A stretch of 64,000 nucleotides of DNA, from the sequence record OP079919.1; one strand, written 5' to 3'. Below the pieces are notes generated by a model. It made no database searches. It was not told the DNA's origin and worked only from the letters and a program-made list of their open reading frames with translations. Below are positions 1-8,736 of the stretch, one piece after another (position 1 is the stretch's first letter; each line of letters begins with the position of its first letter). Both the position numbers and the translations under genes were made by a program.

Positions 1-66
1 TCACCGTACCGTTTGGGGAATTCGGATTTAAACACGAATTGGTCCAATCGATTAAATAACGTTGAG

Positions 67-88
67 AGGGGAGATTAAGTTCTCCCCT
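67..88 (+). terminator. Stem-loop upstream of rnhA
   Basis: AGGGGAGA/TCTCCCCT 8-bp stem followed by ATTT. Confidence 0.55.
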
Positions 89-111
89 ATTTAACCAACG
101 AGGATAAGATT

Positions 112-633
112 TTGGATCAAATTACTATTTACACCGATGGTAGTTGTCTTGAAAATAGTTCTGCCGGAGGACCGGGTGGGTGGGCGTACATTATCGTCGG
201 TAAGGATGAAAAATATTCGATAGAACAAAACAAAGGTTATTTTAAAACCACAAATAACCGAATGGAAATGATGGCGTGTTTAGAAGCGTTATTGGAGTTC
301 GATTACCCGAAAAGAATTATCATTCATACCGATAGCCAATATCTCATCGACGGGATGACTAAATGGATCTACGGTTGGAGAAAAAGGAATTGGGTGACGG
401 GTTACGGGGAAGCGGTTAAAAATAAAGACCTTTGGCAGGCGTTGATTGACGCAAGCAAATTTCATAAGGTCACCTACGTGAAAGTTAAAGCGCACAACGG
501 CGATAAGTATAATGAACGTTGCGATGTTCTCGCTAAAGAAGCAGCGAGAAACCCAGAGCTTGATGACGTAGGATTTGTTCCCGTACACAACCCACCCAAA
601 ATTAAATATCCTTATTACTTTAGGAAAAGATAA
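112..633 (+). CDS. rnhA: Ribonuclease HI
   Basis: IYTDGSC, GGWA, TTNNRMEM, IHTDSQY, VKNKDLW, KVKAHNG, NERCDVLA motifs; TTG start with GAGGA SD. Confidence 0.95.
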   Translation: MDQITIYTDGSCLENSSAGGPGGWAYIIVGKDEKYSIEQNKGYFKTTNNRMEMMACLEALLEFDYPKRIIIHTDSQYLIDGMTKWIYGWRKRNWVTGYGEAVKNKDLWQALIDASKFHKVTYVKVKAHNGDKYNERCDVLAKEAARNPELDDVGFVPVHNPPKIKYPYYFRKR

Positions 634-635
634 TC

Positions 636-1976
636 ATGGTTTCAATTGATGATGTGCAGAAAAAACTCACCGCTTATTTTGACGACCGTTTAATCGGACA
701 ACCTGAATTAGTAGAGGGTATCGTAACCAATATCAAACTACGAGAAATCTACCATAACAATTTAGCCTTTGCTAAAGAAACTGGGATTTATATCCCCCCT
801 TTAAATATGCTGGTTAGGGGGAAATCCGGTAACGGTAAAAGTCATTCAATTAACTTTATCTGCCGATCTTTGGGATTACCTTTCGTCAGCGTCAACGCCA
901 CGGATTTTACTTCTTCCGGTTATGTTGGGGCTTCGCTGTCAGATATTCCTAAAATGCTGATCGATGAAGCAGAAAGGATTCTTAAAGAAAACGATCAAAA
1001 TAAAGTAGGGTTCGACACATCCACTCCAGCACGGGATGATAAGGATATTGAGGAAGCCGACAATCGTTTTAAAGCGATAGAAAAAGAGTTGGTCGATTTG
1101 GGTATCGGAGTTGATAAATTAGGACCTAAGAGACCCGCCTTTGCCCACTCCATACGTTTGTATGAAAAGGCAAACGCCCACAAAATCAGAGTTTGTTTCC
1201 GTAACAAAATGCCTAAGAAACTTTATGCTGAATTGACGGAAGGAAAAGACTTTACCGGGAAAGAGAAGACGAAGATTAATAGTTTGTTAAATAAACTTTG
1301 TTTACCTCATAAGCCCTACGTCTTTAAATTCGACACAAGTTTCATCGATAAATTCAAGTTAGGGAAAACAAGGGATTCCGACCCTGAGGCTAAAGAGTAT
1401 GCCCAAAATAAGGGCATCGTCATGATCGATGAGATCGATAAAATCCTTATGGGTAAGAACGGACAATACAACGTTGGTACTCATGGGATCATTAGGGAGA
1501 TTTTAGCGTATCTGTCCGGATCGAACATTATGTGCGGAGGGGATATGTTTGATACGTCAAACATCATCTTTATCTGTGCTGGTGCTTTTGACATGGTTGA
1601 CTTTAAAGATATCCCCACCGAACTCTTAGGTCGGCTCCCTACACGTTTAACTGTTAAGGACCCTACTGAAGATAGCCTTTACCGGATGCTGACTTCCCAG
1701 GTAGTCGATCCGTGGGGTATGGTAAAACTCATTCTTCGTAACAAAGGATGTGAGAATTTTATCATTAGTGATGAAATTTCTAGGTATATCGCCAAACGTG
1801 TTATTGAGGACGAAAAGATCAAACCCATTGGGGTCAGACGTTTAATGGCCGTGATTAGCGAAATAGCTAAAATCTATTATCTCATGGACGAGATAGATAA
1901 AGAGATAACTTTATCAGAGTTCGTAGCGGATAAAGCACTTAAAACGATTAGAGACGGTTTATTAGAATCGGTTTAA
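636..1976 (+). CDS. hslU: HslU-like AAA+ ATPase/unfoldase
   Basis: LIGQ, Walker A GKSGNGKS, pore loop GYVG, I-domain-like insertion, Walker B IDEIDKI, DTSNIIFICAGAF, ELLGRLP. Confidence 0.8.
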   Translation: MVSIDDVQKKLTAYFDDRLIGQPELVEGIVTNIKLREIYHNNLAFAKETGIYIPPLNMLVRGKSGNGKSHSINFICRSLGLPFVSVNATDFTSSGYVGASLSDIPKMLIDEAERILKENDQNKVGFDTSTPARDDKDIEEADNRFKAIEKELVDLGIGVDKLGPKRPAFAHSIRLYEKANAHKIRVCFRNKMPKKLYAELTEGKDFTGKEKTKINSLLNKLCLPHKPYVFKFDTSFIDKFKLGKTRDSDPEAKEYAQNKGIVMIDEIDKILMGKNGQYNVGTHGIIREILAYLSGSNIMCGGDMFDTSNIIFICAGAFDMVDFKDIPTELLGRLPTRLTVKDPTEDSLYRMLTSQVVDPWGMVKLILRNKGCENFIISDEISRYIAKRVIEDEKIKPIGVRRLMAVISEIAKIYYLMDEIDKEITLSEFVADKALKTIRDGLLESV

Positions 1977-1978
1977 AC

Positions 1979-2010
1979 TTATATCCTGGGCGGATCCGCC
2001 CAGGATATAA
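1979..2010. terminator. Perfect 32-bp palindrome after hslU
   Basis: TTATATCCTGGGCGGA-TCCGCCCAGGATATAA. Confidence 0.75.
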
Positions 2011-2039
2011 TCTGTTAATTTAACTTTTGGAAACTCATC

Positions 2040-2534
2040 ATGCTTTTAGACGAATGGGTCGGTGTTTTTAACTCGCTATCCTCGGATTTGAAAGGAAGGG
2101 ATGTAGAGGGTTACATTTACTTGTTTGGAGATATCATTAACGGTTTGTTGTGGACGGGATTAGTAGGATGGTGGATATGGTTGGTGAAGGGACGTAAGAA
2201 AAACAAACGAAGAGAAGAGAATGATTATAAGTTAGCGGAATTAATTGAGTCATTCCTTGTCTTTGAAGGCATTACGCCGGATAAGTATTCCATCCCCAAG
2301 TTCCTAATAAAGAATGAGAAAGAACTCCTTATCGCACTAGACTACTTTTTAAGGAAGGACCCATTACTACGTAAGAAGCTGAGATTCAAGCGATTAGAAG
2401 TTAAATTATCGGAGGATAAGATCAAAATAAGATTTAAGTCTATCTTTAGAGCTGGCGTATACGGCGTATCGGCCGATTCCTCAAGGTTACTAATCTTCTT
2501 AGGCCTGTTACTGGAGAAAAATAAAAATGGTTGA
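2040..2534 (+). CDS. Hypothetical membrane-anchored protein
   Basis: One hydrophobic Trp-rich segment followed by a basic stretch. Confidence 0.65.
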   Translation: MLLDEWVGVFNSLSSDLKGRDVEGYIYLFGDIINGLLWTGLVGWWIWLVKGRKKNKRREENDYKLAELIESFLVFEGITPDKYSIPKFLIKNEKELLIALDYFLRKDPLLRKKLRFKRLEVKLSEDKIKIRFKSIFRAGVYGVSADSSRLLIFLGLLLEKNKNG

Positions 2535-2612
2535 ATTATCGTTACCTTCTATCGCATTTTAGGTGGACTCATCTAAGTTCTATTTCTAAGGCATACACTC
2601 ATTAGGTAAATT

Positions 2613-2849
2613 ATGAAACTCGAAGATTATCAGCATCACGTTTCCATTCTTCAACACGAAGATGGAAAAGAACTCCCTTATTTCAAACAAAAGACTTACT
2701 GTAGTGACAAACCTGAACCTTGGATGTTCCAGGGAGCTGGACATGCCATACTGGCGATTTCTAATCAAAGCTATACACAACCATGTCCTGAGTGTATGAA
2801 AGCTATACAGGGCGTTATAGATGGTTATTTGAAGGAAAACCAATCATGA
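2613..2849 (+). CDS. Small hypothetical protein, possible Zn-binding
   Basis: C...H...CPEC pattern. Confidence 0.65.
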   Translation: MKLEDYQHHVSILQHEDGKELPYFKQKTYCSDKPEPWMFQGAGHAILAISNQSYTQPCPECMKAIQGVIDGYLKENQS

Positions 2850-2938
2850 GTAAAGCTTACTATAACGGTGTCAATCCTAATTTGATTTTCGCGCCGCGCG
2901 TCATTTATTTGTTTTGATTTAGTTACGGAGTAAGTATA

Positions 2939-3817
2939 ATGAAAAAATTTAGGGCGGTCATCTCAGCTTCTCAGAGTAAAGAAAAATTAGAGCACAACGA
3001 AGATACTTGTTTGGTTGACTTAGGCGGAGTATCCGATCAACTTTTTAGTGAACGGTCTTTAGAGGCTTCTTTAGAGGCTTTAATTGAGAAAGGAGAGGTG
3101 GGGGAAATTATTACAGACCCCGTTTATTTCGATAACGAAGAATGTTTAAATAAACCCACTATCAGTTTCGAAACACTCTTTGCTTTCTTCACTGGAGGAT
3201 GGCAGTACGAACGCAAGGAAGGGTTTTATCACATTAGCGCCAAAATAAGATTCTTAAAGGAATATGAATCGCACTCTGAACTGGAGTTTATCCCCAGGGT
3301 GGTTTGTGACACGACTGGAAGACCAAAAATCGTTGCGTTTGATCTTAAACCAGGGGAATCTAAAATCGATCCATCAATTATTTCGGAGTGCAAAAATAAT
3401 TCCGCCGGATATGCTTTTGGCCGGACCGAGGTGAAGTCAGATTATTCAGTTATATTTATCTTGGGGTATTTCTGTAAAAAACGATGGAGTCGGGATGAGC
3501 TTATTAATGCGATGCGCTACCTTTGCGATAAAAAATCCGTTGGTGAGTTTGGCCGCCCTCCTACTGGAAGATCGAAAGAAAGATGGAGAAAAATTGATTT
3601 AGCTCTATCACTAGGATCCATTAAGGAGTTTCACATCGAAGATTATAGCGACGATGCGTTCGTTATTAAAGCGAAAATCGATTTTAATTTCCCTGTCGGG
3701 AAAGTCCCATGTTTTATTCGTCGGACACAATTCGTCTTCGCTCCTCGTGTCTCAGTATCGTCAGATTTCTATAAATATAATAGAACTCTTATTTGTTTCG
3801 ATCTCGTTCAGGTATAA
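2939..3817 (+). CDS. Tandem-duplicated, degenerate prohead-protease-like protein
   Basis: Internal repeat (VGEII/VGEFG, ISAKIRF/IKAKIDF, FIPRV/FAPRV, IVAFDL/LICFDL) resembling the gp21/gp175 protease fold without catalytic residues. Confidence 0.5.
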   Translation: MKKFRAVISASQSKEKLEHNEDTCLVDLGGVSDQLFSERSLEASLEALIEKGEVGEIITDPVYFDNEECLNKPTISFETLFAFFTGGWQYERKEGFYHISAKIRFLKEYESHSELEFIPRVVCDTTGRPKIVAFDLKPGESKIDPSIISECKNNSAGYAFGRTEVKSDYSVIFILGYFCKKRWSRDELINAMRYLCDKKSVGEFGRPPTGRSKERWRKIDLALSLGSIKEFHIEDYSDDAFVIKAKIDFNFPVGKVPCFIRRTQFVFAPRVSVSSDFYKYNRTLICFDLVQV

Positions 3818-3917
3818 CCTATGGCCAAGCATAAGCTTTCTGATTTCTTTGATATCGCTGCGCTGTTCCTTTGCGTGACAATAGTTTTGATCGTTTTCTT
3901 TTACGCTATTATTAAAT

Positions 3918-4268
3918 ATGGATAAAATTACTATGTTTGACCTTATTAAACTTCTCGAGATCTTCCTGGGATTCTTTATTTGTATCTTACTGATCGTTCT
4001 GCTCGTCATAACGACACGTAAGAATAAACGCCCCCAACTCCCTCCTACGCATGAAACCCTTCGGTACATCATCTCTGGCGCCCTACAGACGGGAGTTTAT
4101 AATACTCCCGATCTTTATGTCGAGCTCGCCTTAAAGCTCTCTAAGGACTACGGAGAGCTCTTAAACGTTAAAATAGAGTACGACCATTTATCGTCGTCTA
4201 GCCATAAAACGTTTTATATAAAGGATTATACACTTAAACGAGTTTACCCGCTAACCTTTAACGCATAA
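3918..4268 (+). CDS. Hypothetical membrane-anchored protein
   Basis: N-terminal TM helix followed by a basic stretch. Confidence 0.7.
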   Translation: MDKITMFDLIKLLEIFLGFFICILLIVLLVITTRKNKRPQLPPTHETLRYIISGALQTGVYNTPDLYVELALKLSKDYGELLNVKIEYDHLSSSSHKTFYIKDYTLKRVYPLTFNA

Positions 4269-4278
4269 AACGTTGATC

Positions 4279-4310
4279 TACTCCCTCTCCCTATTACGGG
4301 AGAGGGAGTA
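4279..4310. terminator. TACTCC-family hairpin
   Basis: 13-bp stem, TATTAC loop. Confidence 0.75.
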
Positions 4311-4369
4311 CTCTTATGAATTTATTTTTAGTTAATTAATGTTAAACCTAGGATATTATAGTATAATTA

Positions 4370-4620
4370 GCTCTAGCGCTATATATTAGGCCGAAGGCCT
4401 AAAGGGTTAGGGTAAGTCAATTCGTTCGTTTCAGCATCAATCAAGGTATTCGCTACGCTCATACTTTCTTATGCTTACACTCACCCATGCAACCTGGAGA
4501 GAAACCCCGACTGAACAAAGTTGTTTATTCCTTCTCAGGGGAATAAACAGTTCGTCGGCTAAAGACATAGGATGTTTTATGATCAGTAAAGAAATACGAT
4601 AATCTAAACTTATTAGTTCA
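4370..4620 (+). ncRNA. Candidate structured non-coding RNA or long leader
   Basis: Unusually long non-coding gap after TATAAT (4362-4367); hairpins at 4386-4402 and 4507-4558. Confidence 0.3.
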
Positions 4621-4644
4621 AACACTGTAATCTAGGAGATAACC

Positions 4645-4761
4645 ATGAATATCATAATGCCATTAAAGCTACTCGGAGGGTTACTTATCCTGGGAGTGGG
4701 TTTTGGATTACTGGTTTATCTCATTGTTAAACTCTCCGTTAAAATGGCGTATAAAAAATGA
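4645..4761 (+). CDS. 38-aa membrane peptide (not in ORF track)
   Basis: AGGAG SD, MNIIMPLKLLGGLLILGVGFGLLVYLIVKLSVKMAYKK, ATGA overlap with next gene. Confidence 0.7.
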   Translation: MNIIMPLKLLGGLLILGVGFGLLVYLIVKLSVKMAYKK

Positions 4762-5225
4762 GTGAAGAAGAGCTGTCATTAGGTTATATTTCGGTTAAAG
4801 TCATTCCCACTCAGGAAGGGATTCTTAAAGATAAGGTGTTGGATGCAGGCTGTCTTCCGTTAGATGAAGGGTCGTACCACGCTACGCTTATTTTTGATAT
4901 TCATCAGGATGGCGTCATTCCCAACGTACCTATGATTCCTGAAAAGATCTTCGAGGGAAAGGTTATCGGAATCAAGGAACTCGGAGAGCGTAAAGGAGAT
5001 ATTATCTCAGCCGTTGTACTCGAACTGGATTCTCCTGAACTGGCAGAAGAACACGATCGGTTAATACAATGTGGGTATGGTCATTCCTATCCGGATTACA
5101 TCCCCCATATTTCGCTCGCTTACAAGGTCACAGAAGAGCAAATGGAAGATCTCAAACGACAGTGTGAGTCGCTTATTGGTAAAACGTTCTACTTATCCGG
5201 AGAAAGCATCGACTGGATAGATTAA
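4758..5225 (+). CDS. acb1: Acb1-like 2H phosphoesterase (anti-CBASS, T4 gp57B family)
   Basis: Two HxT/S motifs (YHATL, PHISL); VVLELDS..L...H...G..H.Y.DYIPHISLAY and C-terminal DW match T4 Acb1 as recalled. Confidence 0.75.
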   Translation: MSEEELSLGYISVKVIPTQEGILKDKVLDAGCLPLDEGSYHATLIFDIHQDGVIPNVPMIPEKIFEGKVIGIKELGERKGDIISAVVLELDSPELAEEHDRLIQCGYGHSYPDYIPHISLAYKVTEEQMEDLKRQCESLIGKTFYLSGESIDWID

Positions 5226-5238
5226 GAGGTAAAGGGGT

Positions 5239-5667
5239 ATGCCTGATAAACTTACTGTATCACTTTTTAAGCTTATAAAAAACCACACTGGGTTAACGTT
5301 AAAGGAAGGCGAATTCTCTTTAACGGGAGAAAGACCCTTTTGGTTCAGAATACCTCCTTTTCCCCTTAACCCTAGTTCAAGAGAGAGATTGAGAGATCTC
5401 TTTCAAGATAACTTTGATGTGACTGTAGTTGATTATGTTGACGATTACCAGATCATATTCAGCCAAATTGAACCAACAACTTCTCGTCGTATAAAACGCG
5501 TCAGGAACATCCTAGATGTGTTAGAAAGAGAGTACGGTAGAAACTGTCTCAGACCAGAAACCGGTAGAATCTTGAGCGGATATTACTCTACCCATAAAGA
5601 CAGAATAGAACAGGAAGAACTTGCTTATAATAAAAAGATTTTAAATGAAGCGTTACGAAGACGTTAA
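5239..5667 (+). CDS. Hypothetical protein
   Basis: ORF with SD, in operon. Confidence 0.7.
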   Translation: MPDKLTVSLFKLIKNHTGLTLKEGEFSLTGERPFWFRIPPFPLNPSSRERLRDLFQDNFDVTVVDYVDDYQIIFSQIEPTTSRRIKRVRNILDVLEREYGRNCLRPETGRILSGYYSTHKDRIEQEELAYNKKILNEALRRR

Positions 5668-5708
5668 TCTTATGCAATATTTTTAATCTTAAAACGTGGG
5701 GTGGGTAA

Positions 5709-6029
5709 ATGACGTACAATGAAGTCGAGAAATATCTGGAAATGGGAGAGGCCGTCTCTAGGCGTAGTTGGAAAGCGAACGAAGCGGTTTATTTAGAGCC
5801 GACGACGTTACTTAATCCAGCGCACTATCCTGAGTGTTTAAAAGCCGCAGGTATTAACTCCCTTTTGAGAGTCGATCGACATTTAGTGCGTGTTACCGCG
5901 AGTAACACTGTTGAGCGTTTTATTCCCAACTTTGTAGAAAGAAACGAAAACGATTGGTACGTTAAAAGTTATACCTTCGAACAAAATAAAGCATTACCAG
6001 AACATAATCAAGCACAAGAAGTCGCATAA
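5709..6029 (+). CDS. Divergent DUF2829 (Tad2-like) protein
   Basis: YNEVEKYLEMGEAVSRRSW...TASNTVERFIP...NDW follows the DUF2829 pattern. Confidence 0.55.
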   Translation: MTYNEVEKYLEMGEAVSRRSWKANEAVYLEPTTLLNPAHYPECLKAAGINSLLRVDRHLVRVTASNTVERFIPNFVERNENDWYVKSYTFEQNKALPEHNQAQEVA

Positions 6030-6034
6030 TAACA

Positions 6035-6045
6035 CCCCCCCCCCC
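6035..6045. repeat. C11 homopolymer
   Basis: Direct count; intergenic, in AT-rich DNA. Confidence 0.9.
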
Positions 6046-6059
6046 TACACTTAGATTTT

Positions 6060-6089
6060 AACCAGGAGAGGCGTAAGCCTCTCCTGGTT
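6060..6089 (+). terminator. Intrinsic terminator
   Basis: 13-bp stem, GTAA tetraloop, T-rich tail. Confidence 0.8.
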
Positions 6090-6163
6090 TATTTTACATG
6101 TATTCTTTTTTGGATCGATATTATTTATGTGTAAACCTCAATAACTTTTTAGGAATCAACATC

Positions 6164-6379
6164 ATGAACGGTCTTTTTGGAACAGGTTGTTTGCTGTTAG
6201 GTGCTGCAGTGTATTTCTTCCTGAAGTACCTGGAACTGCGTAAAGATTTTAAAGAGAATAAGATTAAAGACAAGGGTCGGGCGTCTGGGTATAAAAATGC
6301 CTATTTCTCTTTAACCATTTGTGTTTTGGGTCTGGGTGTCTTTTTAATGGTTAATGGGACTCTGTTGGAGATCAGATAA
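6164..6379 (+). CDS. Small two-TM membrane protein
   Basis: Start moved from 6098 to the ATG after TTTAGGA; two hydrophobic helices. Confidence 0.65.
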   Translation: MNGLFGTGCLLLGAAVYFFLKYLELRKDFKENKIKDKGRASGYKNAYFSLTICVLGLGVFLMVNGTLLEIR

Positions 6380-6846
6380 TGGATATCGTTATGCTGACCG
6401 ACGCAGAAACAGTTTTGGATGTCGTCGATGCAGAGGAATACTATCTTCCTACGGGAATTATGCGGCATTGGATACAGATGGCTATCCGAAGAGGGCCTGG
6501 GCATTGTAGGGCGTTTTGGTTTGAAGGCGGGATCTTTGTTTTGACCAAAATACCCTTAACAGGTAATAATACATGGAACGCTTCGATTTGGATTTCTGAA
6601 GATTACAGGCGAAAGGGACTGGCCAAGCGAATAACAGTTTTGGCTTTGGATATGTTCAGACTGGCTAACGCGACTCTACGTTTCCATCCTTGGGATCAGC
6701 GTAGCGTTGCATTCTTTTCTAATTTGGTTAACGAGGGATTGTTGACCGGGAAGAATTTTGGGGATATTGGGTCCAGACGTCTTTTATCGTCTGAACTCCT
6801 TAAAGATCCGGAAACCTTTACATCCCAGCGCGTTGAGCTGGTTTAA
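6379..6846 (+). CDS. GNAT-like acetyltransferase
   Basis: IWISEDYRRKGLAKRI acetyl-CoA motif A; downstream N...F. Confidence 0.6.
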   Translation: MDIVMLTDAETVLDVVDAEEYYLPTGIMRHWIQMAIRRGPGHCRAFWFEGGIFVLTKIPLTGNNTWNASIWISEDYRRKGLAKRITVLALDMFRLANATLRFHPWDQRSVAFFSNLVNEGLLTGKNFGDIGSRRLLSSELLKDPETFTSQRVELV

Positions 6847-6870
6847 TCTTTCATAGTAAGAGGTAATAAA

Positions 6871-7251
6871 ATGGACCGTAACGAATTAGCGATTATTCTC
6901 ATCGATCAACTTAACAAATTCCTTTACCCTAAACTTGAGAAAACCAATATGACGAAATTTTGTCTATTGGGAACGCTGAGCCTTGAGGTCGTCACCGGTC
7001 AGTTTTATGATCATAAAACATGCGTGGGGTCGGAGGATATCCTTGCATTGCTCAAAGAGCACGGGATTAACGACGATGGATTCTTAAGCGTAGAAAAACG
7101 ACTATCGGCCTTTGGCGATATTCTGACTTCCTATTCTTATAGAGTTCTAGGGGATCGTTATGGTGATGCTTTTGTTACCGTGAATTTCAATTTGAATTTA
7201 ACTAATCTTAACATGCTTGAGTTCGCTAATGAACTCGCGCGCTACGAATAA
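6871..7251 (+). CDS. Hypothetical protein
   Basis: ORF with GAGG SD. Confidence 0.7.
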   Translation: MDRNELAIILIDQLNKFLYPKLEKTNMTKFCLLGTLSLEVVTGQFYDHKTCVGSEDILALLKEHGINDDGFLSVEKRLSAFGDILTSYSYRVLGDRYGDAFVTVNFNLNLTNLNMLEFANELARYE

Positions 7252-7296
7252 ATCATAATCCCGTCAATTTATTTTATACTTTTAGGAAACACCATC

Positions 7297-8052
7297 ATGA
7301 ACATCAATCAACTGCCAGAGAATCATCACGTCATTTCTTCTATGGTCAATCCGTTTGACCCTAACGAAGAATTGTTCTTCGTTACCCATCCTCGTGTAAA
7401 TACTTACCTGGATCTTGATGTTTGGTTCTGCGATATGGGTACTGGAGACATGAGGGTAATCGAGTCTTACAGTAAAGTATCCGACGTTCGGCTGCTTGGT
7501 TATATGGAAGGGCACGTTGCTAACAATCCGGATCAATTTCTTTACCCCACAGTTATTACCCCTCTTAGCCTGCGAGAGACTGAGATGGTCGTAGATGGCG
7601 TTCTCGGCGCTTTCAATCCTTCACCTCTTGAAAGAGCTAACGCCAGTAAATCTCTTCATCACCCTTCGCCAGAGGAAATATCCGATGGGGCATTTAAGGA
7701 GTACGAAGCGAGGAAAGCGGCTTTGAAAGAACTGCTGGAAAGCGGAGGTGAGATTAAACCAATTCCGAAAACGGTTTACTACACTAAAGAGTTTTCTGAT
7801 GCTTTAGAGGGCGTCCGCGCTGAACAGAGAGAGGCGACTGACCAACAAAGTTCCAAAATCCCCACTGAGTCTAGCGTAACCGTGACTGACCTTGGTGACG
7901 GATTTTCACGGATAGAAAAAGTAATCGGGGGAAGAACCTTGGTAAGTTACGATGAAAAGGCTCACATTCCTTTTCCAAGAAAGCGTAAGCCCAAGAAACC
8001 CAACCATAATCTTAACGCGATCATGGGTTTGTTAGCGAGGGCCAAGAAGTGA
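7297..8052 (+). CDS. Hypothetical protein with basic C-terminus
   Basis: TTTAGGA...ATCATG start; RKRKPKKP tail. Confidence 0.75.
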   Translation: MNINQLPENHHVISSMVNPFDPNEELFFVTHPRVNTYLDLDVWFCDMGTGDMRVIESYSKVSDVRLLGYMEGHVANNPDQFLYPTVITPLSLRETEMVVDGVLGAFNPSPLERANASKSLHHPSPEEISDGAFKEYEARKAALKELLESGGEIKPIPKTVYYTKEFSDALEGVRAEQREATDQQSSKIPTESSVTVTDLGDGFSRIEKVIGGRTLVSYDEKAHIPFPRKRKPKKPNHNLNAIMGLLARAKK

Positions 8053-8423
8053 CAGAAACGTATCAGAGTTGGGCCGCTGAGTTTAAAAAATCCGTCAGCG
8101 AGCTCAAAGAAGTCGAATCGGCCGGCTACGGCAAATATCGTTTAGGGGTGCAGGATCCGCCAGGAAAGCCCTACGTTCTGGTGGAAGTAAAAACTTCCGA
8201 TTGCGCGTACACACCCAACTATTCGTTGGATCTTGTGAAAACGATTAAGATTCCAAAACCTAAAGGGTTGCGGTTATCGGTAGAACGTCGTATTCGGTTA
8301 GTGGGATATCTTTTAGAAATCGGCGTGTTTGATTTACTCACTCAGGCCGAATGGGGGATGATCTTTAATGTCTCTCGTGGATCCATTTGGCATTATAAGA
8401 AACAGAACGAGGAATTGCTATGA
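8049..8423 (+). CDS. Hypothetical protein, possible C-terminal HTH
   Basis: LTQAEWGMIFNVSRGSIWHY; GTG start overlapping previous stop. Confidence 0.55.
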   Translation: MTETYQSWAAEFKKSVSELKEVESAGYGKYRLGVQDPPGKPYVLVEVKTSDCAYTPNYSLDLVKTIKIPKPKGLRLSVERRIRLVGYLLEIGVFDLLTQAEWGMIFNVSRGSIWHYKKQNEELL

Positions 8424-8734
8424 AGATTTATGCTGTAGTTAGCAAGGAAACCGATAATGTGATCGCTAAGTTTCTCGATCACGGGACGGAGAAAATCAAG
8501 TTCAATGGGATCAAATTGGGTATCCTGGATCAACAGGTTCAGCCTGATGAAAGAGAGTTGCTGAAAGTTGTAGAGGTTTATCTTTCGTCGTCAAAAGGAA
8601 AGATGGATCAGACGAAACAACTCGATCCAGACACGTTTATTGTTGAGACGCTCAGTTATTATGAGGAGGTCGATTTTGTCTATCTATCTCGTAACCCTGA
8701 GCATGACATCGCTCTGTGCACACCAAAGGAATAA
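8420..8734 (+). CDS. Hypothetical protein
   Basis: ATGA coupling. Confidence 0.7.
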   Translation: MKIYAVVSKETDNVIAKFLDHGTEKIKFNGIKLGILDQQVQPDERELLKVVEVYLSSSKGKMDQTKQLDPDTFIVETLSYYEEVDFVYLSRNPEHDIALCTPKE

Positions 8735-8736
8735 CG

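Noticed and set aside
960-1410. Insertion in HslU as an intein
   Set aside because: Sits where the HslU I-domain normally lies; no C/S...HN splice motifs or LAGLIDADG
4386-4402. GGCC-GAA-GGCC hairpin as part of a hammerhead ribozyme
   Set aside because: No CTGATGA core nearby
4437-4625. 62-aa minus-strand ORF in the non-coding gap
   Set aside because: TTG start, no SD, against the local strand bias
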